Shown here: piece after piece, positions 1-10,396 of the stretch
Numbering within the stretch: position 1 is the first letter of the stretch
How the letters are laid out: each line of letters begins with the position of its first letter
Source: a virus
Reading direction: 5' to 3' (one strand)
Length of the DNA: 64,000 nt
IMG/VR virus record: IMGVR_UViG_3300037493_005292
Span: 1 to 64,000 of that record
Translations under genes and position numbers: made by a program
Notes under the pieces: generated by a model
What the model was told of the DNA's origin: nothing
Seen by the model: only the letters and a program-made list of their open reading frames with translations
Databases searched by the model: none

Positions 1-5
1 AAGAG

Positions 6-500
6 TTGCTGGGTCTGAACAAACTTCTGGGTACGCTCAAGGACGCCAAGAACCTCAAGGTCGCTTGGATGGTGGCGCAGAACGTGAACCGGCTCGCGCC
101 GCATCTCAAAATCATCCAGGACATGCTCGCGCCCACCAACGCCATGAAGAAGCTCGAGGCCGAGCGACAGAAGATGGCTCTCAATTACGTGGTGAAGGAC
201 CCCTTGGGGAATCCTTTCCAGCGCGAAGACCCTCGCCAGCCCGGAGCCATGCTCTACGAGATCGAGGATTCCAAGGGGTACAGCGAAGCGTTCACGGCGC
301 TGGTCGCGGAGCATCCCCAGGCTAAGGAAGACAGTGACGCGATTCAGAAGAAAGAGACTGAGCTTCTTCAGGAGTCAGTCGAGGTAGATGTGTACACGCT
401 GAGTGTGGAGAACACTAAAATTAGTAGTGACCCGGACAACAGCGTGCTTGACGCCAGTGCTATGATTACTCTGCTGCGGTGTGGTATCTTGAAGGAATAG
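6..500 (+). CDS. hypothetical protein (may be 5'-truncated by the window edge)
   Basis: 164-aa ORF with coding-like codon use, followed by the GGAG-ATG of the next gene. Confidence 0.6.
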   Translation: MLGLNKLLGTLKDAKNLKVAWMVAQNVNRLAPHLKIIQDMLAPTNAMKKLEAERQKMALNYVVKDPLGNPFQREDPRQPGAMLYEIEDSKGYSEAFTALVAEHPQAKEDSDAIQKKETELLQESVEVDVYTLSVENTKISSDPDNSVLDASAMITLLRCGILKE

Positions 501-531
501 CTGCTCAAAATCACCGCGGAACGAGGAGACC

Positions 532-1950
532 ATGGGCAAGTTCGACATGTCCGGCGGTGAGTATCGCATTCTTCCCAACGACGAGTCCATTCCTAAGGAC
601 TTGTATACCGCGGATACCAGCATCATATCTGTGCCGTTCACCGTGATTGAGATTGACCTACTCGATGGAACTGAGTTCGCGGTAAAACAAGAGGGCACGC
701 ACTCGATAACTGCAGGGCTAGCCTACGCGGTGAGTTTTACAACTCTGGCGGATACGGGAACAATAACCATAGAGTTCTTTGAGGATACGGCCCGCACACA
801 TCTGGTATATACCCTTACCGCGGATTTGAGCGACACGACAACGTGGAGAGCTTCAGAGTCATGGGGATGTAACCTCGAGGTAGAGGGACATATCCCAGCT
901 ATAGTTTATACGAGTGGCGTTGCTGCGGGGTTTGCCCTTGCGGTTACGGTAGATGTTGTGATGATTTCTCCGGGAGACGCGCCTATTCCGTTACCTGCAC
1001 CGTACGGAGACGGTATCGTAGCAGATGGTTTTGGGAGACCGTCTGTGAATTTTGATACGGTTAGTGGTTTTGAATTCAGCGCTGGGTATCTCGCAATAAA
1101 GCCAAATACCAGTGTTGCGGTGTACCCGACGTTGAGCGCGGACGGTGTAGCGATTACGGGCGCAATTGATAACGCTACGGACGAGGATGTCTCAGCCAAG
1201 AAACGGTTCGACTCAGTAGGGCTCGTACCCAGTGTGGATGCCGGACCCCCGATTGCTGGTACGTACGCGACGTGTGCTGAGTACATGGATAAGAACTACG
1301 TTAAGTGGCGCTGTGTATTGGGGGGTACACCCGGAGATTGGGAGCTCGCGGATAATGTTTTTGAGGGGTCATTGGCGGATATTTGGACTGTTGGCGCAGT
1401 AGCTCCAGGCTTTACGGACCTTATCCAGATTCCTACCACGGGAAATTGTGGGGTCATCCATTCGTTACAGGTTTGGGCGCACACCATTTCAGAGGGTATA
1501 GACGCGTGTCTCCCCTTCCGTGTGCGTATCTTCCCAAATAGTAACGAGTTTGGGCGCGAGATGCTTTGGCAGGGTCAGGGGCTCTCACGACAGACGTACT
1601 CGAGCGTTACGTTGCCCGCAGGTCAGGGGTACATTGTTGTTAACGACAACAACATGATGGATGTTGACGAAGCAATTGTCGTTTACGAGAGCCAGAGTCG
1701 CTACGAGTTGGGACGTATTAGCGCGCGGCCTACTGGGCAGTTCACGTTGGACGAATCATTAGAGGATTCGAGTGACTGGACTGGAAATCTGGACATCGTG
1801 TCTGTGGCGGAGTGGTCAGGTCTCCCTTGGTACAACAACGCGTTTACCAATTGTGTCTACGTGCAGGTTAGAAACGACGCAATAGCAGCAGAAGACAGTC
1901 TTTACTTCTGTGTACGTGCTCAAGTCATGTCCTATGGGGTTAACCGATGA
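532..1950 (+). CDS. putative virion structural protein
   Basis: GAGGAG RBS; acidic, beta-rich composition; ATGA overlap with the next gene. Confidence 0.6.
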   Translation: MGKFDMSGGEYRILPNDESIPKDLYTADTSIISVPFTVIEIDLLDGTEFAVKQEGTHSITAGLAYAVSFTTLADTGTITIEFFEDTARTHLVYTLTADLSDTTTWRASESWGCNLEVEGHIPAIVYTSGVAAGFALAVTVDVVMISPGDAPIPLPAPYGDGIVADGFGRPSVNFDTVSGFEFSAGYLAIKPNTSVAVYPTLSADGVAITGAIDNATDEDVSAKKRFDSVGLVPSVDAGPPIAGTYATCAEYMDKNYVKWRCVLGGTPGDWELADNVFEGSLADIWTVGAVAPGFTDLIQIPTTGNCGVIHSLQVWAHTISEGIDACLPFRVRIFPNSNEFGREMLWQGQGLSRQTYSSVTLPAGQGYIVVNDNNMMDVDEAIVVYESQSRYELGRISARPTGQFTLDESLEDSSDWTGNLDIVSVAEWSGLPWYNNAFTNCVYVQVRNDAIAAEDSLYFCVRAQVMSYGVNR

Positions 1951-3338
1951 TTCCGGGTGTTGAGGGGACGGCGTTGGGCGCCCTTCTTAACGCCGCCAAG
2001 CCTTCGTTTCTTTGGGACGCAACTAAGGCCGGGACCGCGCTGGGTACGGGCATCGCAGGTGATGGTAACATGCTTGTTACTATCACCAATGAAGATGCGC
2101 AGACCATAACGGGGTGGAGTCACAACATATGGGACCCCAGCCTCAATCAGATTCGTACGATATCTTTGGATACGGACGCGGATAAGCTCCTTGGACCATG
2201 TGGAGAGTTTACCGAGGGGCTTCTTACCAACAGCATGGGTAGCGTGCTGGCGACGGCTAAACACGGATTTGCGGTAGTTACTCCTACAGTCTCAGGGGCG
2301 TTAATTGAGCATGCCACGGATTACCCAGACATTTTGTACAACGGGAGTACTTGGCACTGCAAGGTAACGCAGCTCGACACGACCTTGGACGCGGTCAACG
2401 CGGTAGTCATCGAGAAGTCTCAGGCGAGGAGCTCGTCGTTCATACGCTGTTTTCAACTTCTGATTCGGAATGACAACGGAGTAACATCACCTGACGGCAA
2501 CATCGAGTTAGGGTGGAACACGACGGCAGGAACGCGCACTACTTCTGTTCCAGTATTCAGGCAGTTGCCGACGTCCCCAGTTGACCGCGGGTGGTATTCG
2601 GCGACTATTGCTGTCCCTCTCGATGTGGTAACGGCAGGGTACATCTCTGTGAAGGCCGCAGCGGACTCAGGCATTTGGCACATTGCGTACCCTCAGTGGT
2701 ATAGTACGGGTGCCAGCATGGAGCGTGTCACGCGCCTCGCGGGTCCTGTGAACAGCACGGACCCCCGCGGACAGTGGCAGGTACACACGACCAATGCCGA
2801 GCTCCGTCTAGGTAGTGCCGGATGGCTTGCGGCGTCGTTTGTACTGCCGGACCCGAGTGTATCGAGCGGACACGTCGATTATACTGGTGCGGGGAATTAC
2901 AAGTTCCTCGGGATGTTGAACTTGGATTGCGGGCTGTACCGGATGCGGTTGTCGATGAGCGATACGTATGACCATCCCGTAGTCTCTCTGGGTACTACTG
3001 CCGGCGTCAATTTTGCGTACCTTGATTTCCCCACAGCTTGGGAGTCGTTCCATGCGTTTGGCATGGTTTGTATGTGGGAAATCAGTAACGGCAGCTTGTA
3101 CGCGATCCTCTATGTCAATGGTGTGAAGGTGGACTCAGCAGTAGACCCTATCGATTGGTTTCCTGCTACCTTGGCTCCAGGAACTCTGTACGTAGGCACC
3201 AGCGGCGCAGCTGGGACATCTGCTGAAGCGTGGATATCCCGGGTAGCTTATGGGCGCAACAGAATTGGGCGCACACAAGCGCGGATACTCTCCCGTCATT
3301 TGCAAAAGCTCGCACGCGGAACAGGTATTGAAGTATGA
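1947..3338 (+). CDS. putative virion protein with a possible C-terminal LamG/concanavalin-like domain
   Basis: Coupled ORF; C-terminal 'ILYVNGVKV...LYVG...ISRVAY' pattern resembles LamG beta-sandwiches. Confidence 0.5.
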   Translation: MIPGVEGTALGALLNAAKPSFLWDATKAGTALGTGIAGDGNMLVTITNEDAQTITGWSHNIWDPSLNQIRTISLDTDADKLLGPCGEFTEGLLTNSMGSVLATAKHGFAVVTPTVSGALIEHATDYPDILYNGSTWHCKVTQLDTTLDAVNAVVIEKSQARSSSFIRCFQLLIRNDNGVTSPDGNIELGWNTTAGTRTTSVPVFRQLPTSPVDRGWYSATIAVPLDVVTAGYISVKAAADSGIWHIAYPQWYSTGASMERVTRLAGPVNSTDPRGQWQVHTTNAELRLGSAGWLAASFVLPDPSVSSGHVDYTGAGNYKFLGMLNLDCGLYRMRLSMSDTYDHPVVSLGTTAGVNFAYLDFPTAWESFHAFGMVCMWEISNGSLYAILYVNGVKVDSAVDPIDWFPATLAPGTLYVGTSGAAGTSAEAWISRVAYGRNRIGRTQARILSRHLQKLARGTGIEV

Positions 3339-6300
3339 GAAAGCTCACGTTTAACGAGATGCTGTTTTCTCGTCCGTCGGATGCCTGGTGCCCCGTAACC
3401 GGCAGGCATGTCGGACCAGACGTTCCGCGAGTCGTTGGTGACCGCATCTTAAAATCGGTAGGAGACGTCCCTATCTATTACCGCTTTCCGGAATCGCAGG
3501 GTTTCGTAAAGTACAGTAATGAAGTAGGGTGTTACGACCGCGTAGGGAGTACGCACGTATTAACAGATGAGCTCGACCTTCTCGAAGCTGCTATTCCAGG
3601 TGTTACACGTCAAGTGCTTGATCAGTCTTACGAGAAGAGACCCTTGGAGTTGTTTAGGTTTGGCAATCGGAGTAATGAAGCTTTTATCTTTACATGTCTG
3701 ATTCATGGTAACGAATCAGATGGTATTCGAGGGAGCTTTAAAGCGTACGAACTCATGTGTACGCATCCTGATTTCGCCGCGTTACGGGACCGTTATTGCA
3801 TCTGTATGTTGCCGTGTTGTAATCCTGACGGGACGTACGCCGGTACTCGTAACCTAGCGCTCTATGGCCCACATCCTTCAGGAGTACCAACCACCATCAA
3901 TCTCAATCGAGTTTGGCCGTGGTTCTGGACTGAGTTCGTGCCCACCGAGGGGGAGTCGAAAGGGGACGCGCCTATTACGTGCAGCCCAGAGTCGCAGGCT
4001 ATGGATAACTGGCTGCAATCAGGTGGCGGAGACGCCCCGATGAAGATCGCCTTCGCCATGGACCAGCACCAGACTGCCGGTGACGGTGCGCGGTATCAAT
4101 CTCGCGACCTGTGTTGGCGCGACTTGGATGAAGGCGACTGGGAAAAGATCTGGGCGGACTGGAACATCTATCGACTTGCAACAGCTATCCAGGCACGGCG
4201 TGTTATCGATGACGCTGCTCCCGAGCTCTGGATAAACTATTTCAGGTCTCGCTGGAGGCCGCACTGGCATTCATATCTGGCAACGCGCTCTGCAGCGGAT
4301 AATGGCGGTGTTGCGTGTGTTAGCATGGTGTTCGAATCCAACAAAGTTCCGGGGCAGGTGGTCTCCACTAACCTCGAGACATACAAGTCTGCGTCAGATT
4401 ACAATCTCGATTACCTGCTCTCCTGTGCTTTAATCATGCAGGGAGGACGCATTGTAACAAAACCTGCTGTTCTCGTAGAGCATGAGGTCGGTGAAAATCA
4501 GGTACAGAATACGGAATTCGCTGATTGGCGCAATAACACAGATCCTCTTCTTGCTAATGAATATCGCCCTTCGTACTGGAACGTAGCTCGCGGGACTTTT
4601 GACCACACAGCGTCTGAGACTGAGACGCGCCATATGGAGTATCCAGGTAGGCACCTGCGTATCAATCCTGACGTGCTCAGTGAGATGGCCCTTGGGCATG
4701 CCGGACCAACGTGGAATCATGACTGCGTATTAGGCTACGGTGAGACAGGCGTAGCCTATCTCGTTGCCTCCTACGACACGGGAGGAATAGGTTTTTGGCA
4801 GTGGGGTGCGCACGGCGATCCTGCTTTAATGTTCTCGTATATGGACGAGGTGACGCATCAGTGGAGGTTAGGTAAATGTGGGATGCTGAGTGTCTCAACC
4901 GTGCAACTCGGCAATGCTAGCACCGCTGAAGCCGCATCTTTTATTGAGTGGGTTGGGGTAGTAGGCGTAGGGGTTCCCACGACCCACGCGACGCATTCTG
5001 GCGCTTTAGAAAACGCGGCTACCGCGTACGACGGCGGGGATAACCTCTATATCATCGGCGGCAACATCAGCGGCAGCACTGGTAGTCGGCTAGTACTGAA
5101 GGCAAGCTCGAGCGCTTGGACGTTGACTGAGGTTGGTACGAACCTACTTCCGTCAGGCGATTGGGGTCAGGCAGCGACGTACTGTAGCGGCGGAGATTTA
5201 GACGGTAAGATCGTCGTTATTGGTGGGCAGTCGATGACGGGTACGTTGACAGTACGCGTTATAGATCCTGCGGGAACTCCATCCTGCACAACGTATGACA
5301 TCACACCATCTGACGGGACACCGTCTGTTATCACTGAAGCTGCTATTTGGTACGACGGAACGGATACAATCTGGGTCTACGGTGGTATTAACCAGCTGAC
5401 GGGAGACCAATACGGTAACGTATGGACCATTCGTTGGACTGGCTCCACCTGGCGTACGTCAATGGAGACCTTGATAGCCGGTACTGATACGGATGGAGAT
5501 CCAGAGGACTACGGCGGCGAAGAAATCTGGAACTTACGTATGGCGCGTTGGCGCCCGTGTTACATTGTCGACGCTGATACTGGTGGTACGTATGTAGCGC
5601 TGTTCGGTGGGCGTCTACAGTTGGACGACGGTAGCTTCGATAACAACACTGCTTCATATAAGGGGTTTTATGCCCATTACCTCGATGATGGTATACTAGG
5701 ACGTCCCGCGGACTATAACTTTGCGTACTCCAGGTATAACCTACATTTCGACGTACTCGGGTACACCAAGGCGGTTACGTCCTGGAGCATGCGGGCGCCG
5801 GACGACACAGTAGGGGACACGACTGCAGCCTATGTGCGTATCAATAACGCTCCGGGGGCTACGACAGTCAGATTGACTGCGCGGCGTTTACGCACGCACT
5901 ACAGACATCCTCCACGATGGTGGATTCGCGAGCACGATGCTGTAGATTTTTCCATGATGTCGCCTGACGTTCCGGAAGATGAATGGCGCGCGTATATCAG
6001 GTGTTACCGTCAAGGTCAGGTCGCTCTATTGGATGCGCCGATGGTGCAGTTTGATACGTTGTGGCCCTCGAGCTGGAGTCCTTATCTGGTAACACGCGCT
6101 GTTGAAAATGCGGCGTGGTTAGATTGCGTGGATCCGCGGTTCTTCCGCATCTCGTTTGACTGGTTGCCGGCCGCACCATTTACCGCGCTATCCAACGACA
6201 CGAGGCTGTTTACGATTGGAAGTAACACAGTTACTGTAGAGGTGTGGGCAGTTAACCCTCTTCCGTATGGTCGCGAGTACTATCGCAACATGACCGCAGG

Positions 6301-7315
6301 ATCCGCTAATCCGTGTCTTGAGCTCAGAGTTGTAGTGGGTGAGTCCACTCCCTTAGTTGCTTGCACTATTCCTTTGTTTTGGGGTGTGGCGCTGCATGAT
6401 ATAGCCTTTAGCCGCTTTGATAGTCCAGTTACTATTGAAGTGTGGAAGCACCAACTCTACGGCGTTGGGATGGCGGTGCGTAACGGTTGGGCAGAAGGAT
6501 GGGATTGTACCCGCGGGCCTCTTGCCTATACGATGGCGGACACGATTGGGGATATCAACATCCTAGCGGGGGGTTGGTGGGGAGAGCCCGAGTACCTTCC
6601 CATGAACCGGGAGTGGCGTAATAAGTACGTCGAGACAAGTAACAGGACGGGCGCTCTGTTACTTGGTGAGACAGACCCCTGTTATGGCCAGACGTCTTAC
6701 CGCCACGCCTTTAGGTACACGGAAACGTTCAATAGAGCAGACAACGCAAATCTTGGCGACAACTGGAACATCATCGTGGATTCGGGAGATGGTTGGAACA
6801 TCTCGTCGAATAAAGCGCGCTGCTCTGATTTTGGTTATGAGATGTGGACTGCGTATCCGTACGTCCGTAGTTGCCAGATTCAGGCAAACGTGTCTGCTCC
6901 CGCGGATTGTTCAGTAGGCTTCTTCGCGCGTATGCACTGGGGGATGGGTCTACGGGGTTTGGTAAACGGCTACGGGGGTTACCTGTCATGCACCGGCGCG
7001 AGCACTGCTGATCTCGTGTTTTCGTATTTCAACGTGGTCGCAGGCGTGCAGCAGGAAACGATCCTGGGGTCGCTGGAGATCGTGTACACCGCGGGCAGTA
7101 CGGTGTTGTTGGAGTTTGAGCTCAACTTCGACGAGTACCGTATTCGCGCCACGGATGGTGTGACACTCCTGGGAGAGTTCGAGGACCTGTACGATATGAG
7201 CATCATGGTGCCTGGAGCATTCGGTATCCTTGGGAGGACGACCAACAACTCGACGTATGTTTGGATGGACAATTTGTCGTCGATACAATTGGTGGAGGTA
7301 CAGAATCTCAAATGA
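3335..7315 (+). CDS. large virion-associated protein: M14 zinc carboxypeptidase domain, Kelch-like repeats and C-terminal beta domain
   Basis: M14 motifs IHGNE, CNPDG, NLNRVW, DQH, VFE; Kelch-like YIIGG, VVIGG, WVYGG, LFGG. Confidence 0.8.
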   Translation: MRKLTFNEMLFSRPSDAWCPVTGRHVGPDVPRVVGDRILKSVGDVPIYYRFPESQGFVKYSNEVGCYDRVGSTHVLTDELDLLEAAIPGVTRQVLDQSYEKRPLELFRFGNRSNEAFIFTCLIHGNESDGIRGSFKAYELMCTHPDFAALRDRYCICMLPCCNPDGTYAGTRNLALYGPHPSGVPTTINLNRVWPWFWTEFVPTEGESKGDAPITCSPESQAMDNWLQSGGGDAPMKIAFAMDQHQTAGDGARYQSRDLCWRDLDEGDWEKIWADWNIYRLATAIQARRVIDDAAPELWINYFRSRWRPHWHSYLATRSAADNGGVACVSMVFESNKVPGQVVSTNLETYKSASDYNLDYLLSCALIMQGGRIVTKPAVLVEHEVGENQVQNTEFADWRNNTDPLLANEYRPSYWNVARGTFDHTASETETRHMEYPGRHLRINPDVLSEMALGHAGPTWNHDCVLGYGETGVAYLVASYDTGGIGFWQWGAHGDPALMFSYMDEVTHQWRLGKCGMLSVSTVQLGNASTAEAASFIEWVGVVGVGVPTTHATHSGALENAATAYDGGDNLYIIGGNISGSTGSRLVLKASSSAWTLTEVGTNLLPSGDWGQAATYCSGGDLDGKIVVIGGQSMTGTLTVRVIDPAGTPSCTTYDITPSDGTPSVITEAAIWYDGTDTIWVYGGINQLTGDQYGNVWTIRWTGSTWRTSMETLIAGTDTDGDPEDYGGEEIWNLRMARWRPCYIVDADTGGTYVALFGGRLQLDDGSFDNNTASYKGFYAHYLDDGILGRPADYNFAYSRYNLHFDVLGYTKAVTSWSMRAPDDTVGDTTAAYVRINNAPGATTVRLTARRLRTHYRHPPRWWIREHDAVDFSMMSPDVPEDEWRAYIRCYRQGQVALLDAPMVQFDTLWPSSWSPYLVTRAVENAAWLDCVDPRFFRISFDWLPAAPFTALSNDTRLFTIGSNTVTVEVWAVNPLPYGREYYRNMTAGSANPCLELRVVVGESTPLVACTIPLFWGVALHDIAFSRFDSPVTIEVWKHQLYGVGMAVRNGWAEGWDCTRGPLAYTMADTIGDINILAGGWWGEPEYLPMNREWRNKYVETSNRTGALLLGETDPCYGQTSYRHAFRYTETFNRADNANLGDNWNIIVDSGDGWNISSNKARCSDFGYEMWTAYPYVRSCQIQANVSAPADCSVGFFARMHWGMGLRGLVNGYGGYLSCTGASTADLVFSYFNVVAGVQQETILGSLEIVYTAGSTVLLEFELNFDEYRIRATDGVTLLGEFEDLYDMSIMVPGAFGILGRTTNNSTYVWMDNLSSIQLVEVQNLK

Positions 7316-7860
7316 TGCGCGCTCTCTACCATTTTAAACGTGCAGAAGAGTTAGCTGCTGATGGTGAAGTACTACCAACGGCTGAGCAATCTGCTATGCG
7401 TAAGGGTCACGCGCTCGAGCGCAATATCTTGGGTAACCTAGGAGAGAGCGCGGTATTTGGTCACGCTCTTGGGCGTCTAGCCCCCATGCCTCCAGGCATT
7501 TCTGCAGCTAATGCGAGCAAAACACGGGGTATTACCGGCGCAGCCTTAGGGGCTTTGATGGCTACAGGTGGAACTGGGTATCACATTCTGCGAAAGCACT
7601 TGGATCCCGGGTACGGCAAAGACGTTCCAGGGGTAGAACATACCGATTACAGCCCCTTCGTTCCCGCGGCATTACAGTTCGGGATGCCCGCAGCGGCATT
7701 AGCGGCGACTACACCGTTGGCGGACAAGCTGGTAGGGAAGATGAACATCAAGAATCGGTGGTTACGGGGTGGCGCGCGGGTAAGTGGGATCCTCCCGGGC
7801 GCTGTCGCTGGAAAATTATTGGCAGACTACCTAGAGCGAAAATATCAAGAAGAATCCTGA
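7312..7860 (+). CDS. Gly/Ala-rich hypothetical protein with hydrophobic segments
   Basis: Likely start at the ATGA overlap (7312) after GGAGG; segments such as GAALGALMATGG. Confidence 0.55.
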   Translation: MMRALYHFKRAEELAADGEVLPTAEQSAMRKGHALERNILGNLGESAVFGHALGRLAPMPPGISAANASKTRGITGAALGALMATGGTGYHILRKHLDPGYGKDVPGVEHTDYSPFVPAALQFGMPAAALAATTPLADKLVGKMNIKNRWLRGGARVSGILPGAVAGKLLADYLERKYQEES

Positions 7861-7870
7861 GTATTTTTGC

Positions 7871-7898
7871 TTGCGTCTTTTCCTAAAACGCCTATATG
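7871..7898 (+). promoter_or_regulatory. possible sigma70-like promoter TTGCGT-N16-TATATG
   Basis: Intergenic; followed by the palindrome GGTGTCACACC (7902-7912). Confidence 0.3.
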
Positions 7899-7915
7899 TA
7901 CGGTGTCACACCACT

Positions 7916-8008
7916 GACCGCCTTTGGTGGACGAGTTTTTGAGCTGCACGCACCAGCTTTGAATCCCCCCGACAATACCCAGAACGTACACATACACCAA
8001 AGGCGGTC
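7916..8008. repeat. 14-bp perfect inverted repeat enclosing 65 nt (possible structured RNA or cis element)
   Basis: GACCGCCTTTGGTG (7916-7929) / CACCAAAGGCGGTC (7995-8008); internal AGCTG-N7-CAGCT hairpin. Confidence 0.75.
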
Positions 8009-8028
8009 GTCTATGCTAAAATTCGACC

Positions 8029-8214
8029 ATGCACAAGGTGACGGCGCAAGAGCTTTACGACGTTCTTCGTAAAATCCCGGAAGATGACCGCCGGCACATG
8101 GTGCTGAAGGTCAAAGACATCAACGACGAGCGCGCGGTTGTAACGGGCATCACGGGATGTCAGAACTGCGTGAGCTTGGAAGTGGATACAGCGTTTGAGG
8201 TGTGTGATGCGTAG
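8029..8214 (+). CDS. small hypothetical protein, probably leaderless
   Basis: 61 aa; TGCTAAAAT (8014-8022) ends 6 nt before the ATG. Confidence 0.55.
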   Translation: MHKVTAQELYDVLRKIPEDDRRHMVLKVKDINDERAVVTGITGCQNCVSLEVDTAFEVCDA

Positions 8215-9004
8215 TAATACCCTTGAAGTTTTGCTCCAAAAGACTGCCGGGTGGTTCGGTGATGATGATGAGGTTACCGAGGAGGACGAGCGTAAGCTAC
8301 GTGCAAGCGAGCGCCGGCAGCTCAACGCTATGGCGGGAGGGAGGAACCCCCTTACCAGCACTAAAGAGAAGAACGAGGACTTTGTGCGGCAGCTGGTACG
8401 TGCTAGTCATGACGCGCCGCTCGAGCAGTACACGCTGTTGCCTGAGGGTGATATCGGGCCGCACATGTGGCAACCACATCCCACAGACTTTCTATCAAGA
8501 CTCCCGTTTATCCAAAATATGCATGACTCCGCCATCGGCGAGGCGCACGCAAAGAAGCACCGAGCTGCGCGTGATGCTCGTGAGAACATCTTGGCGATAA
8601 ATCCGGGGCGTAATCCCGGGGTTATTGCGCATGAGGTAGGCCACAGCACGCGTCCGGGTGTACTGGATAAGCTTACTTACCATGGCGGTGCGGTTACAGG
8701 TAACCCGCTCCTTCAGTTAGGTGGTATTGGGGCGATGTTGGCAGGGGCTGTTACGGGTAAACCCGGTCTTGTTGCTGCAGGTGCGGTGCCCGGTTTGATA
8801 TCCGGAGCGTTTACACTCGCAGAAGAAGCACGTGCTACTCGTCGAGGTAAGGAGCTCTTAAAACGCATTGGGTATACCCCGACAGAGAAAGAGACTAAGG
8901 GGTTAGATGCTGCTTATCGTACCTACCTCGTAGGTGAGGGCATGCAACTCGGACTTCCTGCGATGGCCCTGCTTGCTGCTCTCCAAATGAAGTACGTCCG
9001 TTAG
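8207..9004 (+). CDS. zinc metallopeptidase (YugP/Zn_peptidase_2-like), membrane-associated
   Basis: AHEVGH, a hydrophobic hairpin, then TLAEEARATRRG carrying the third-ligand Glu; GAGGTG RBS before ATG 8207. Confidence 0.75.
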   Translation: MRSNTLEVLLQKTAGWFGDDDEVTEEDERKLRASERRQLNAMAGGRNPLTSTKEKNEDFVRQLVRASHDAPLEQYTLLPEGDIGPHMWQPHPTDFLSRLPFIQNMHDSAIGEAHAKKHRAARDARENILAINPGRNPGVIAHEVGHSTRPGVLDKLTYHGGAVTGNPLLQLGGIGAMLAGAVTGKPGLVAAGAVPGLISGAFTLAEEARATRRGKELLKRIGYTPTEKETKGLDAAYRTYLVGEGMQLGLPAMALLAALQMKYVR

Positions 9005-9091
9005 TCTCAAAAATCCCCCACATCCTGGGTATAAGCAACGCGACCAACAAAGGAGGTTTGCAGCAACCTTGTGTTATGGTATTACCGGCGC

Positions 9092-9355
9092 ATGAGCAAA
9101 AGAAAAATCATCAAGAAAACAGTCGTTCCGAAACTCGACCGCGTGCTGCTGCAGGAGCAAATGGAGCGTGCAGCACAATCATTCAATGAACTCAACGGCA
9201 TAAACCTCAAGCTCAAAGAGGCCAACAACGAGTTGGTAACTCAGTATGAGAAGATCGTGAATGCCATCAATGACCACGAAAATAGGCTCGGGGTCATTGA
9301 AAAACACATCCAACAGGAGCAGGAAAATGAGTGTCAGCGCGAAGGAAATTTTTGA
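9092..9355 (+). CDS. coiled-coil hypothetical protein
   Basis: Heptad-rich; ATG 9092 follows a TGGTATTAC element. Confidence 0.6.
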   Translation: MSKRKIIKKTVVPKLDRVLLQEQMERAAQSFNELNGINLKLKEANNELVTQYEKIVNAINDHENRLGVIEKHIQQEQENECQREGNF

Positions 9356-9764
9356 TCCGAATACCGACGTAAGCATCATCGAGCGTTCGGTCGTGTTCAT
9401 CGACCATCTGGATCGGTACATGAAGGGCATTGAGTACATGGTCGAGCGGTCTGAATACGAGACGCACTTTGTCAGGGACGACAAAGAGGCGTGGATCAAG
9501 GTGTACTTCGGAACCTTTACCGACCAGACTGCCAGTCAGGTGGTAATCCCCGAGATTCAGAAGATCATCCAGACGGCTAAAGCCGAGGACTTTCTCACCG
9601 TCAAGCTCGACGGTGACACGGTGGTAGTGCAGTACGCGTTCAAGTTCGTGGACTGCTACGGCCTGGCGCTGTTCATGCCAATGGACAGTGGCCGGCAGTA
9701 CCCGTTCAATTCGATGGTGGCCCCGCTCGCGCGAATCAGGTCTTACTTGAACCCGGCTGAATGA
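9327..9764 (+). CDS. hypothetical protein
   Basis: AGGA RBS before ATG 9327; strong GC3 codon bias. Confidence 0.65.
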   Translation: MSVSAKEIFDPNTDVSIIERSVVFIDHLDRYMKGIEYMVERSEYETHFVRDDKEAWIKVYFGTFTDQTASQVVIPEIQKIIQTAKAEDFLTVKLDGDTVVVQYAFKFVDCYGLALFMPMDSGRQYPFNSMVAPLARIRSYLNPAE

Positions 9765-10332
9765 CCTGGTATGGCCGAATGTGTTCAAAGAACCATCCAC
9801 GTACCGCGTGCTTGAAAGGCCAGGCGAACCCGTACATCGGTCCAGCCATGAGCTCGACGTAGTACTCGATATCGATAGGCTTCCCAAGTTCGATGCGGGC
9901 GCGCATGGTCTCGAGGAACGCACGGCGCTCCATGACGTAGCGGAACCACGCGAGCCCGATAGGCAGGGGCAACAACAGATAGAACACGAGGGAGAGGATC
10001 ACCCCGATGGGCAACAGCCCAAAGGGGTTCAACCACGCGAACTGGCGTACGTGGGTGAGCTCGTGCCGTAGGGTCACGAAGTCGTACTCAGGATTAGCCC
10101 CGTAGGTCCACCCGGTAGGAAAATACACGGTATTTCCGATGGTGGTAGCACGGTCCATGAACCCTTTGCGTTTGTCATGCGTAAACAGTTTGAGGAACGG
10201 GTCAGTTATGCGACCGATAACCCGACACCATTTAGTATTTTCTTTCCTTTTGAGTTTCAGGTTATAGTCTGTTTTACCTTTTAGGTACAGGGCGTTAAGG
10301 CGTTCTACAACTTGACCATTTGTTATGGGCAT
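9736..10332 (-). CDS. HEXXH metallopeptidase-like membrane protein
   Basis: ATTIGNTVY, LRHELTHVRQ, a TM segment, then ERRAF; GAGGA RBS. Confidence 0.7.
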   Translation of the reverse strand: MPITNGQVVERLNALYLKGKTDYNLKLKRKENTKWCRVIGRITDPFLKLFTHDKRKGFMDRATTIGNTVYFPTGWTYGANPEYDFVTLRHELTHVRQFAWLNPFGLLPIGVILSLVFYLLLPLPIGLAWFRYVMERRAFLETMRARIELGKPIDIEYYVELMAGPMYGFAWPFKHAVRGWFFEHIRPYQVIQPGSSKT

Positions 10333-10396
10333 GATTCCTCCTAGCTTGTGCGTCCCTTAATGATAGTGGTAAAAGAGAAATTAAAGGAAAAACAAC

